From a virus (Duplodnaviria > Caudoviricetes): 27,070 bases of DNA. This document shows positions 17,456-24,658 of this stretch, piece after piece. Position 1 is the stretch's first letter; each line of letters starts with the position of its first letter. The notes beneath the pieces were generated by a model. That model saw nothing but the letters and a program-made list of their open reading frames with translations, was not told the DNA's origin and did no database searches. The translations under genes were made by a program, and so were the position numbers. The stretch covers positions 1-27,070 of the IMG/VR virus record IMGVR_UViG_3300020362_000096. One strand, written 5' to 3'.

Positions 17456-17522
17456 TATACTACTATTATAATTGTAAATGTCCAGAATTTAAACAAAAAG
17501 TGGACAGAGTTTTAATTGGCAC
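17456..17522 (-). promoter_or_regulatory. Early promoter cassette copy
   Basis: GTGCCAATTAAAACTCTGTCCAC-29 nt-TATAAT-AGTAGTATA. Confidence 0.8.
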
Positions 17523-17899
17523 TATCCGTATGGAATATCTCCCATGCAAGCAAGTTGTAAAATCCAATCTGCCATAGTGCTATCACAAATATAATCTATT
17601 GGACTGTCATTAGTCCACATATCTCTGGTCATGTAATCAAACACTTTCTTACGATTACTAGAATGTAATTGAATCTCAACCTTATTCTCAGCGATCGCAA
17701 CAATGCATTGCTCAATTTGATTTTTTGTGATATTATATTTCTCTCCAGACATTTCATCTAATACCTCGATAAAATCAGTCTGGTCAAAATCATAATTAAT
17801 CTGACTTGCCCAGTAGTTAGAACCATAAGATGCCATTACTAAAATCTCTTTTAGTTCCTCCTCTGTCAGTCTGTATTCAAATTTAATTGTCTGTGTCAT
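17522..17899 (-). CDS. Phage hypothetical protein
   Basis: G..YWA...D...AD.ILQ.A..GDI.YG pattern resembles a recurrent phage family. Confidence 0.8.
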   Translation of the reverse strand: MTQTIKFEYRLTEEELKEILVMASYGSNYWASQINYDFDQTDFIEVLDEMSGEKYNITKNQIEQCIVAIAENKVEIQLHSSNRKKVFDYMTRDMWTNDSPIDYICDSTMADWILQLACMGDIPYG

Positions 17900-18072
17900 T
17901 TGTCCTCTCTGATATCACAAAAATGAAAGTCATAGAACATATCGTCCCTTTCAACATCACTATCTTTGTAGTAACCTTTATTATAGAGTGAGATTGCTTC
18001 TTCTTCGGTTTCTGCGTAGATAGTAATATCATTGTAACCTACGAATTTCTCTTGTACTATAAATGTTTTCAT
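17896..18072 (-). CDS. Hypothetical protein (58 aa)
   Basis: MKTFIVQEKFVGYNDITIYAETEEEAISLY..., ATGA-coupled. Confidence 0.7.
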   Translation of the reverse strand: MKTFIVQEKFVGYNDITIYAETEEEAISLYNKGYYKDSDVERDDMFYDFHFCDIREDK

Positions 18073-18231
18073 TTAACCTTTCCTCTTAACAAGTTGTTTA
18101 TAGTGATTATCAATCTTAGTTGAAACTTCTTTCATTTCTTCTAAGTGATAATTGTCTCTGTTCATTTGATATTCATTAAGTGCTATCGAAATGAGACAAT
18201 ATTCTTCTTTAGATAATGTTAAATTAGTCAT
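18073..18231 (-). CDS. Hypothetical protein (52 aa)
   Basis: MTNLTLSKEEYCLISIALNEY..., GGAGG SD. Confidence 0.7.
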   Translation of the reverse strand: MTNLTLSKEEYCLISIALNEYQMNRDNYHLEEMKEVSTKIDNHYKQLVKRKG

Positions 18232-18234
18232 TAA

Positions 18235-18420
18235 TTAAACCTCCTCTACACTCTCAATAACCCACTCGCCAGTAAATTCATTATCTACTGGAAATGAATT
18301 AATATCTTCTCTAGCAAGTTTTATTGCTTCTTCTTTAGTGTCAGCATCAACTAATACACAAAAATAGTTTACCTCTGAACATTCAACTCTGAATTGATTT
18401 TTTGGTTCTGATTTAGTCAT
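18235..18420 (-). CDS. Hypothetical protein
   Basis: 61 aa, VLVDADTKEEAIKLA. Confidence 0.75.
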   Translation of the reverse strand: MTKSEPKNQFRVECSEVNYFCVLVDADTKEEAIKLAREDINSFPVDNEFTGEWVIESVEEV

Positions 18421-18432
18421 TGATTTGTATGT

Positions 18433-18497
18433 TATACTTTATTATTGCATATTCTAAATGCAAATACTGTAGTTAGTGGACACTTTAATAATTGTTT
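18433..18497 (-). promoter_or_regulatory. Early promoter cassette copy
   Basis: AACAATTATTAAAGTGTCCAC...TGC-AATAAT-AAAGTATA. Confidence 0.75.
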
Positions 18498-18919
18498 GAG
18501 AATATGTGACCATAGGTGTAATCATTACAATCACAATCAATTTCTGTGTAATCGTATGATAATGCATTATCCCATGTCTCCTGCCAATTAACTGAAACCC
18601 ATGCAGGTAAATCTCTTATGTAACCAAGTTCTTCACAAATATACTCTGCGAAATTTCCACCTGTCTCATGTTGACCTTGATACATTTCTTCAAAATGTTC
18701 AAGTGCTGATGTATCAAACTCTTGTATAAAATTATCAACTAACTCTGTACCATAGTCATCACATAGTCTGTGGTATGTTTCATAATGATCTCTGAACTCT
18801 TCCTCTGAATGATTCTCAATGAAACGACACATATCATTGTACTCCCAGTTGTAGAGTAAATTAAGACCGTCTAGTTTCTCTTGTGTCGCTTCTTGCATTT
18901 GTCCAGTTGGTTTACCCAT
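18485..18919 (-). CDS. Acidic ArdA-like antirestriction (DNA-mimic) protein
   Basis: FEEMYQGQHETGGNFAEYICEELG...LPAWVSVNWQETWDNALSYDY. Strongly acidic. Paralog of 11593-12027. Confidence 0.65.
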   Translation of the reverse strand: MGKPTGQMQEATQEKLDGLNLLYNWEYNDMCRFIENHSEEEFRDHYETYHRLCDDYGTELVDNFIQEFDTSALEHFEEMYQGQHETGGNFAEYICEELGYIRDLPAWVSVNWQETWDNALSYDYTEIDCDCNDYTYGHIFSNNY

Positions 18920-18938
18920 TAATTTCTCTCTTGTATGT

Positions 18939-19005
18939 TATACTTCTATTATGACATATTTAATGCCATAGTTAACGGATTGTGTATAGGTTTGTCAACT
19001 GGCAC
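18939..19005 (-). promoter_or_regulatory. Early promoter cassette copy (inside the methyltransferase 3' end)
   Basis: GTGCCAGTTGACAAACCTATACAC...TGT-CATAAT-AGAAGTATA. Confidence 0.7.
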
Positions 19006-20289
19006 TCTCTTGTCAATCAACTCAGCATAAGACTCATGCAACTCGCACCCTATGTAATGCCTACCTAATTGCTTTGATACCATTGCAGTAGTTCCTGACC
19101 CCATAAATGGGTCAAGTATTATATCTCCCTTTCTACTCCCTGCTAATATGCAAGGTTCGATTAAGTCAGGTGGAAATACTGCGAAATGAGTTCCCTTATA
19201 TGGTTTAGTGGTTACTGACCAAACAGATCGTTTATTCTTTTTATCTGATGATACAACTTCATCTGTTTTTAATTCATAATGAGTTAATCCTTCATTTATT
19301 ATTTTAAATTCTTTTGAATAATCATTTAAAAGTTCTTTTACTTTATTCCAATCTTCTATACTTGGATATGCAAACCCAGAATCATCAAATCTGAACCAAT
19401 GCTCTATCTTTGTTAATGGAATATCAGTATTTTCTGCTAATGTTTTTGCTTTGGTTCTTGATCTCAAATACTCAACAAGTTGTTTTTGTGTTGGTAACTT
19501 GGTTCTTACTGCAACTAGATTATCCCCTCTATTTGCGTGGATTCCCTGTCTATGTTTGGACTCATTTTCCTGAGTTCCATATTTACCATGTGATGACTCT
19601 GGTTCTAACCAAACAGATCGTTTATTTTTCCTGTCATAAGACTTGGATAAACCAGTATGAGGAGATAACCCAGTACCACTATTATGGTACTTACCCTTTG
19701 TGCGATCTCTTGTTCCCCAGTCTTTTGCGGGTTCTTTGATTGCTTCATTGTCATAATAATACTTCTTATTTTTACTTAAAAGAAAAATGTATTCATGTGA
19801 TTTAGTACACCTATCTTTAACTGACTCTGGCATAGGATTAGGTTTATGCCATATTATATCTTGTCTAAGATACCAACCATCATTGCGTAATGCAAATGCC
19901 AATAACCAAGGGATTCCGATTAAATCTTTCTCTTTTAATCCCTCTAATTTATTTGCTCTACGATTACATTTAGTAGGTAAATCTTGATTAGTTTTTGATA
20001 CTGATTGCTTAACTAACCCTTGACCTTTTCCAGGTCTATAGTTATAATAACTATCCCCTATGTTTACCCATAGGATACCATCATCAGATAATACATTTCT
20101 AACTTCTCGGAATACTTCCACTAAGTTATTAATATATTCTTCGGGTGTACTCTCTTGTCCTATTTGATCGGACTCCCCTCCATAATCCCTTAGACCATAG
20201 TAAGGTGGACTTGTTACACACATTTGTACCTTACAGTCTATGGTTTTGAGAGTGTCCTTACAGTCTCCGTATAATATGGTATCTTTCAT
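18949..20289 (-). CDS. Beta-class N4-cytosine/N6-adenine DNA methyltransferase with an internal HTH-like insert
   Basis: Motif IV TSPPY near the N-terminus, then IIWHKPNPMPESV and HFAVFP, and motif I DPFMGSGTT near the C-terminus. Confidence 0.92.
   Translation of the reverse strand: MKDTILYGDCKDTLKTIDCKVQMCVTSPPYYGLRDYGGESDQIGQESTPEEYINNLVEVFREVRNVLSDDGILWVNIGDSYYNYRPGKGQGLVKQSVSKTNQDLPTKCNRRANKLEGLKEKDLIGIPWLLAFALRNDGWYLRQDIIWHKPNPMPESVKDRCTKSHEYIFLLSKNKKYYYDNEAIKEPAKDWGTRDRTKGKYHNSGTGLSPHTGLSKSYDRKNKRSVWLEPESSHGKYGTQENESKHRQGIHANRGDNLVAVRTKLPTQKQLVEYLRSRTKAKTLAENTDIPLTKIEHWFRFDDSGFAYPSIEDWNKVKELLNDYSKEFKIINEGLTHYELKTDEVVSSDKKNKRSVWSVTTKPYKGTHFAVFPPDLIEPCILAGSRKGDIILDPFMGSGTTAMVSKQLGRHYIGCELHESYAELIDKRVPVDKPIHNPLTMALNMS
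19218..19626. repeat. 19-bp direct repeat pair flanking a 390-bp in-frame segment
   Basis: accaaacagatcgtttatt at 19218-19236 and 19608-19626, both encoding NKRSVW. Confidence 0.9.
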
Positions 20290-20453
20290 TAATTTAGATT
20301 AACCCTCTTAATGTCAACATTACCATATTGTTCTAAGACCGTTCTCTTAGCACTATCATAGTTGGTTGCAGGGACTTCAACAGTAATCAGTCCCATATCG
20401 TTACGATAGAATGTAACTGATGCTGTGCGGTTGTTTGTATCAAATAGAGACAT
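20289..20453 (-). CDS. Hypothetical protein (54 aa)
   Basis: MSLFDTNNRTASVTFYRNDMGLITVEVPATNYDSAKRTVLEQYGNVDIKRVNLN, TAATG-coupled to the methyltransferase. Confidence 0.7.
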   Translation of the reverse strand: MSLFDTNNRTASVTFYRNDMGLITVEVPATNYDSAKRTVLEQYGNVDIKRVNLN

Positions 20454-20467
20454 AATAATAAAGTAAG

Positions 20468-20638
20468 TTAGGATACTGGTGGAATAGTGGTTAAGTTTTT
20501 AACAACTTGTATGCTAGTTCCATCACGATTCTGAATGAAATTTTTTGCAGCAGTTGGTGTGCTTGCTGTTACATCTTCTGTAATTTCTTTGGAAGTTCCA
20601 TCAACTACATAGGTAACTCTTTGAATAAATGTTGTCAT
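20468..20638 (-). CDS. Hypothetical protein (56 aa)
   Basis: MTTFIQRVTYVVDGTSKEITEDVTASTPTAAKNFIQNRDG..., ATGA-coupled to the helicase. Confidence 0.7.
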   Translation of the reverse strand: MTTFIQRVTYVVDGTSKEITEDVTASTPTAAKNFIQNRDGTSIQVVKNLTTIPPVS

Positions 20639-21879
20639 TTTGTTGCGAATGAATGTGCAGGTAATCCGTCCTCGAAAATTAATTGAATTAACTTTTCTAG
20701 TCGGTTGCGAGTCGCTTTACTGGACTTGCTGTTTACAGGGACATTGATAATCCCATGTGGTTTACGATAGGATTCTGTGTCTCCTGCGGATATCTTGTTG
20801 TCTTGTATATCCTGATAGTCATATTTATGTAATCGTATGACCCTTCCAATAGTCTGTGCCATTTCGATTATAGGTAGATTTCTCAGTAATACACTATGAG
20901 TTAGACCTCTGACATTGATACCTTCAGATAGGATAGAATAATGAAACAAGATAAACTTCTTGTCATCATCTTCTCCCCATTGAGATAAGGTATCAAAGAA
21001 TTTATCTCTACGAACTTTCTGTCTGTTAATGTATGCACCATGCTTTGCTGTAATATGCATAATGTCATAATCTCTGGACTTGAGTTCAGTAATGATATCA
21101 GTCTGTGCTAACATTGACCACAATACTCTAGTATTGGGTGCTGATACTAGCACTTTAGCATTTGTATCTTCTTCTATGTCATCAAGTATGTCCAGAACAA
21201 CATCACGATCTATGTCACTAGCATTTTCTTTGTTTCTTTCCTCCTCTCTGTCATATACATTGAGTTTAGGAGATAGTATAAGACCGTTCTTGACTAACTC
21301 TGGAGCAGGGACATTAATGAGAGTATTACCAAATACTTTTGTATTGTTCATACCTCTGTTGTTCTCTGCTGATCTGGTATATTTTGGTGTAGCAGTGAAA
21401 AAATACTTTCTAGTTGAATGTCTTGAGAAGTATGATACAGCATCAAAGAAATTACTCTGGACTGAGTTATGTGCTTCATCAAAATATATTGTATCAACAT
21501 TGATACTAGAATCAGCAATTTTATGTAATGAATGATATGTAGTGAATATAAGTTGATTCTCTGTGCTGTTGAAATGCCAATGGTCAATTACATCTGTCTT
21601 TGTTGTACTCTTGAACTCAGTCTCAGCACTATGAACATGAAGTACCTCTACATCTTTGATGTGTTCTAGGAACTCAGAACATAGTTGCTGTGCTAGTAAT
21701 ATTCTAGGAGCAACAACAATAATAGTTTTAGGTAATGATGATTCCTGTAATCTTTTGTATGCATCAGCGATCATACAAATAGTCTTACCTCCACCAGTAG
21801 GAACATATATACAACCCTTTTGATGTTTAGACATCATAGTGATTGTTCTTGATTGATGTGATCTTAGTGTTGTATTCAA
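20635..21879 (-). CDS. SF2 DExH helicase (type III restriction Res-like family)
   Basis: LRSHQ (Q motif), PTGGGKT, DEAH, TATP, ILSEGIN and QTIGRVIR. TTG start after a cassette. Confidence 0.9.
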   Translation of the reverse strand: MNTTLRSHQSRTITMMSKHQKGCIYVPTGGGKTICMIADAYKRLQESSLPKTIIVVAPRILLAQQLCSEFLEHIKDVEVLHVHSAETEFKSTTKTDVIDHWHFNSTENQLIFTTYHSLHKIADSSINVDTIYFDEAHNSVQSNFFDAVSYFSRHSTRKYFFTATPKYTRSAENNRGMNNTKVFGNTLINVPAPELVKNGLILSPKLNVYDREEERNKENASDIDRDVVLDILDDIEEDTNAKVLVSAPNTRVLWSMLAQTDIITELKSRDYDIMHITAKHGAYINRQKVRRDKFFDTLSQWGEDDDKKFILFHYSILSEGINVRGLTHSVLLRNLPIIEMAQTIGRVIRLHKYDYQDIQDNKISAGDTESYRKPHGIINVPVNSKSSKATRNRLEKLIQLIFEDGLPAHSFATK

Positions 21880-21891
21880 AGTTTCGTTGTC

Positions 21892-21958
21892 AATAATAAT
21901 ATTATAATGTATAAGTAATAAAATATCTGCAATATATGTGACAGTTTAGAAATTGTAA
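21892..21958 (-). promoter_or_regulatory. Early promoter cassette copy
   Basis: TTACAATTTCTAAACTGTCACA...TATAAT-ATTATTA. Confidence 0.7.
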
Positions 21959-22296
21959 TCGTAAAATGCTCTCCAACCTTCATGTATGGTAGTAGGATAT
22001 CTTGAATTGTCTCCACACCTACACCAGTTGCCAGTTTTCCTTAAACTAAATTTACTGATTGCACCATCTTCATTTCTAGTGAAATCATATCTTTGACTAT
22101 TATTATTGGTACAATGCCCTGCAAATCCTCCTGCGACTATCTCAGGTTTCCAGTCTTTTTGTAATTGGTATTTGTCCTCTTGTATCCATACATACTTCTC
22201 TGTCCTCTTTATGACTGTAGCAGGGTGTATGTCACTATAGTAATAGATACCACAATGATCGCCAACTTTAGGTTGCCATTTAGGTTCTTTAGTCAT
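21946..22296 (-). CDS. Phage hypothetical protein
   Basis: PKVGD...YSDIHPATVI...GGFAGHC...GWRAFYDYNF resembles a recurrent phage family. Confidence 0.8.
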   Translation of the reverse strand: MTKEPKWQPKVGDHCGIYYYSDIHPATVIKRTEKYVWIQEDKYQLQKDWKPEIVAGGFAGHCTNNNSQRYDFTRNEDGAISKFSLRKTGNWCRCGDNSRYPTTIHEGWRAFYDYNF

Positions 22297-22469
22297 TATA
22301 TGTAAGTCTCCGTTGCCATAGTGATTGCTTGAAATAGATTATCAAATGTTTGCAAGTCAAAATCTGGATTTGCTTCTGGATTAACCATTTGGTTATGCTC
22401 ACACATAATATTATAGAGCATCATGTATTGACCTTTGGTTGTAACAATGTTAAATCCTTTCTTTTTCAT
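22296..22469 (-). CDS. Hypothetical protein (57 aa)
   Basis: MKKKGFNIVTTKGQYMMLYNIMCEHNQ..., first gene after a cassette, TAATG-coupled. Confidence 0.7.
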   Translation of the reverse strand: MKKKGFNIVTTKGQYMMLYNIMCEHNQMVNPEANPDFDLQTFDNLFQAITMATETYI

Positions 22470-22482
22470 AATAAATGTATGT

Positions 22483-22550
22483 TATACCTCTATTATAGCG
22501 AATCTAAATCCCTTCGTTCATGTTTGTGTGTAGATTTCTTTACTGTCACA
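22483..22550 (-). promoter_or_regulatory. Early promoter cassette copy
   Basis: GTGACAGTAAAGAAATCTACAC...TATAAT-AGAGGTATA. Confidence 0.75.
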
Positions 22551-22590
22551 TTCTTCCTTGACAATAGTTTCTTTATGAAGTAAATGAAAT

Positions 22591-22854
22591 TCATCTAATC
22601 ACACCGTCCTGTGGTATTCTGTAGTCAGGCATAGGACTAGGCATAGGCATATAATATCCTCTTTCCTCTCTCATTTTTTTCTGTAATATGATAGCGATAC
22701 TGGTATCTAACCAATCATTAAGTGACTCTGACATCTGACGATACCCAGAACCAACATACATCTGTCCTGCAAATACAGATAGGGTTGCAGTTCCCCAGAA
22801 CAAATAATAAAACTTAGTCTTAACTTGTGCTTTTAGTTTTTGTTCGATTTTCAT
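22591..22854 (-). CDS. Hypothetical membrane-anchored protein
   Basis: Hydrophobic FYYLFWGTATLSVFAG segment. Confidence 0.7.
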   Translation of the reverse strand: MKIEQKLKAQVKTKFYYLFWGTATLSVFAGQMYVGSGYRQMSESLNDWLDTSIAIILQKKMREERGYYMPMPSPMPDYRIPQDGVIR

Positions 22855-23108
22855 TAATTAACTCCAATAGCAAGTTTACTGAATCCTATTGTTAATAGGA
22901 ATACAAACATAATGACGACATCATACATTTTATTTTTAATATAAAATGGTAGTGCCATCAGTTCAAAAACTATATTGAACATAGCACCAATATAAGTGCT
23001 AATATGTAATGTAATAAAGTATCCTAATATTATACCATAAGTACCAATCATTCTTGCCAGAACAATAGGTTTATAGTTTTTCGTTAATGATCTGGATAAC
23101 TTCATCAC
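22854..23108 (-). CDS. Small integral membrane protein (start uncertain)
   Basis: Three hydrophobic segments. Confidence 0.65.
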   Translation of the reverse strand: MMKLSRSLTKNYKPIVLARMIGTYGIILGYFITLHISTYIGAMFNIVFELMALPFYIKNKMYDVVIMFVFLLTIGFSKLAIGVN

Positions 23109-23346
23109 ATTTGTCAGGATAATCGTTTTTGTCTAAAAAGTGATCTTGAACAGTAAAACCGATCTGATCTAATGCTTCATTATAGCATTTTTTTACATTA
23201 TTAACAAGTCCTAATATTTCATTATATGCTTGACTGTCCATAATTAATCTATGTTGTAAATCTGGATTTTCCTCTATCTCTCTGAGGATATGATCTAGTT
23301 GTTCCATCTGGAATAAATCCAACCCAAGTTTAATTCTATTTTTCAT
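23071..23346 (-). CDS. Hypothetical protein
   Basis: 91 aa, ATGA-coupled. Confidence 0.7.
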   Translation of the reverse strand: MKNRIKLGLDLFQMEQLDHILREIEENPDLQHRLIMDSQAYNEILGLVNNVKKCYNEALDQIGFTVQDHFLDKNDYPDKCDEVIQIINEKL

Positions 23347-23591
23347 TTTGGTGTGTCTCCTTCCTCTGCTTCAGTAACTTCAAACATATTAACTATAGAC
23401 TCCATACCTTCCCTGATATATTTTTGTCTAGTTTCTAATTTAGTGAATACTAATTGACTCCTAAAATAATTATCATATTTAATATACTCCTCTGACATAC
23501 CATTTATTTTACAGTATTCTTTGAGTCCTTCCCATACCATGTCCCATGCTTCATCAGACATTATATCTCTTGCTTTGTGTTGTTTAGTCAT
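23343..23591 (-). CDS. Hypothetical protein
   Basis: 82 aa, ATGA-coupled. Confidence 0.7.
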   Translation of the reverse strand: MTKQHKARDIMSDEAWDMVWEGLKEYCKINGMSEEYIKYDNYFRSQLVFTKLETRQKYIREGMESIVNMFEVTEAEEGDTPK

Positions 23592-23749
23592 GATTGTCTT
23601 ACATTGTTAATAAAAACATCTTTAGCGGGATACCTTGCTCTCACTAATTGTTCAATATACCTTCTATCTGATAAGTCAGACTCAATAATAACATTATGAG
23701 ATCTTCCTCGATCATCAGTATATCTAATTTTGCAAGTGTAGTCGGTCAT
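23588..23749 (-). CDS. Hypothetical protein (53 aa)
   Basis: MTDYTCKIRYTDDRGRSHNVIIESDLSDRRYIEQLVRARYPAKDVFINNVRQS, ATGA overlaps. Confidence 0.7.
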   Translation of the reverse strand: MTDYTCKIRYTDDRGRSHNVIIESDLSDRRYIEQLVRARYPAKDVFINNVRQS

Positions 23750-23862
23750 AGGATTAGAATAGTTTGTGAACCATCAGGATTGTCTGTAATAGTTATTCTT
23801 TTGTTTGGAAATGATTTTGATAATAATCTTTTTAATTTTAAATTTTTTAATAGTTTTTTCAT
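23746..23862 (-). CDS. Small basic protein (38 aa)
   Basis: MKKLLKNLKLKRLLSKSFPNKRITITDNPDGSQTILIL, ATGA-coupled to the nuclease. Confidence 0.6.
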   Translation of the reverse strand: MKKLLKNLKLKRLLSKSFPNKRITITDNPDGSQTILIL

Positions 23863-24587
23863 CTGTAAATGTGAAACATCATACCATGATAACCAGAATT
23901 ATATTTCTTACCACTACCTTTCATTTGTAGATGAAATAATTTCTCTCCATCTTTAGTTCTGAACTCAGCAGTAGTATTATTTAATGTCCACTTACCAGTT
24001 TTTACTTTTGCTCTTAATGTATCTAATGGGATAACAGTTATTCTCTCAGAACCTTTAGTGTGCCATATAAGACTGTTAACTGTTTCTCCTTCAAATCCTC
24101 TTGCTACGATTACTTCAAAGACTTCCATCTTATTTGTATTAATCCATCTTAAAAATGATGCTGAAACCTTAGTATCAATATTATTTTTGTACACTCTGTT
24201 TTGATGTATTTCTTTATCAGATAATTTTAACTCAGGGTGCTTTTGTTTTACAATAGACTTTAGTTCTTCATTTGGATAACCAAAGAATTGAGTTAGAAAC
24301 TGTCCACATAATGTATTTTGTAATTTAAAATGTTTAATCCACTTTGCAGTAGAATATAAACCTACCTGAGTATGATTTTTTGTCACACTCTTTACACTAT
24401 ATCGCCAGTCTCTAGTTTCTTCTTTGATATCAACTTTAGTATTCGATCTTCCATCAACGGTATGCTTACCACCAAACATATTGTCAAAAGTTGCTGCAAG
24501 TTTATGTTCAAACTCATGTCCTTGAACTTTTGCATTTTTACCTGCGATTTGTGATGCTACCATTTCTGATCTTTTTGGAATTTTCAT
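23859..24587 (-). CDS. PD-(D/E)xK nuclease, HinP1I/MspI-like restriction endonuclease fold
   Basis: GKNAKVQGHEFE...NTKVDI...YSVKS...TQV...HLQMKGSG parallels the HinP1I-type GS.TAK.GF.NE / K.D / QVK / NQ / QRKGG motifs as I recall them. Confidence 0.6.
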   Translation of the reverse strand: MKIPKRSEMVASQIAGKNAKVQGHEFEHKLAATFDNMFGGKHTVDGRSNTKVDIKEETRDWRYSVKSVTKNHTQVGLYSTAKWIKHFKLQNTLCGQFLTQFFGYPNEELKSIVKQKHPELKLSDKEIHQNRVYKNNIDTKVSASFLRWINTNKMEVFEVIVARGFEGETVNSLIWHTKGSERITVIPLDTLRAKVKTGKWTLNNTTAEFRTKDGEKLFHLQMKGSGKKYNSGYHGMMFHIYR

Positions 24588-24658
24588 AAGATATGGGAGA
24601 GGTTCGATTTAAAAAGCATTTTCCTCTGGGGTCGCTTACCCTTGCCTCCCATGTTTCT

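Noticed and set aside
19237-19626. Methyltransferase insert as an intein or intron
   Set aside because: There is no Cys/Ser start with a His-Asn end, no splicing motifs, and the frame is continuous.
22558-22586. Plus-strand TTGACA beside a cassette as an antisense promoter
   Set aside because: The -10 at 17-nt spacing (TAAATG) is poor.
24593-24652. Leader structure as a tRNA, hammerhead ribozyme or terminator
   Set aside because: It has no cloverleaf or T-loop, no CUGANGA/GAAA core, and no U tract after the stem.
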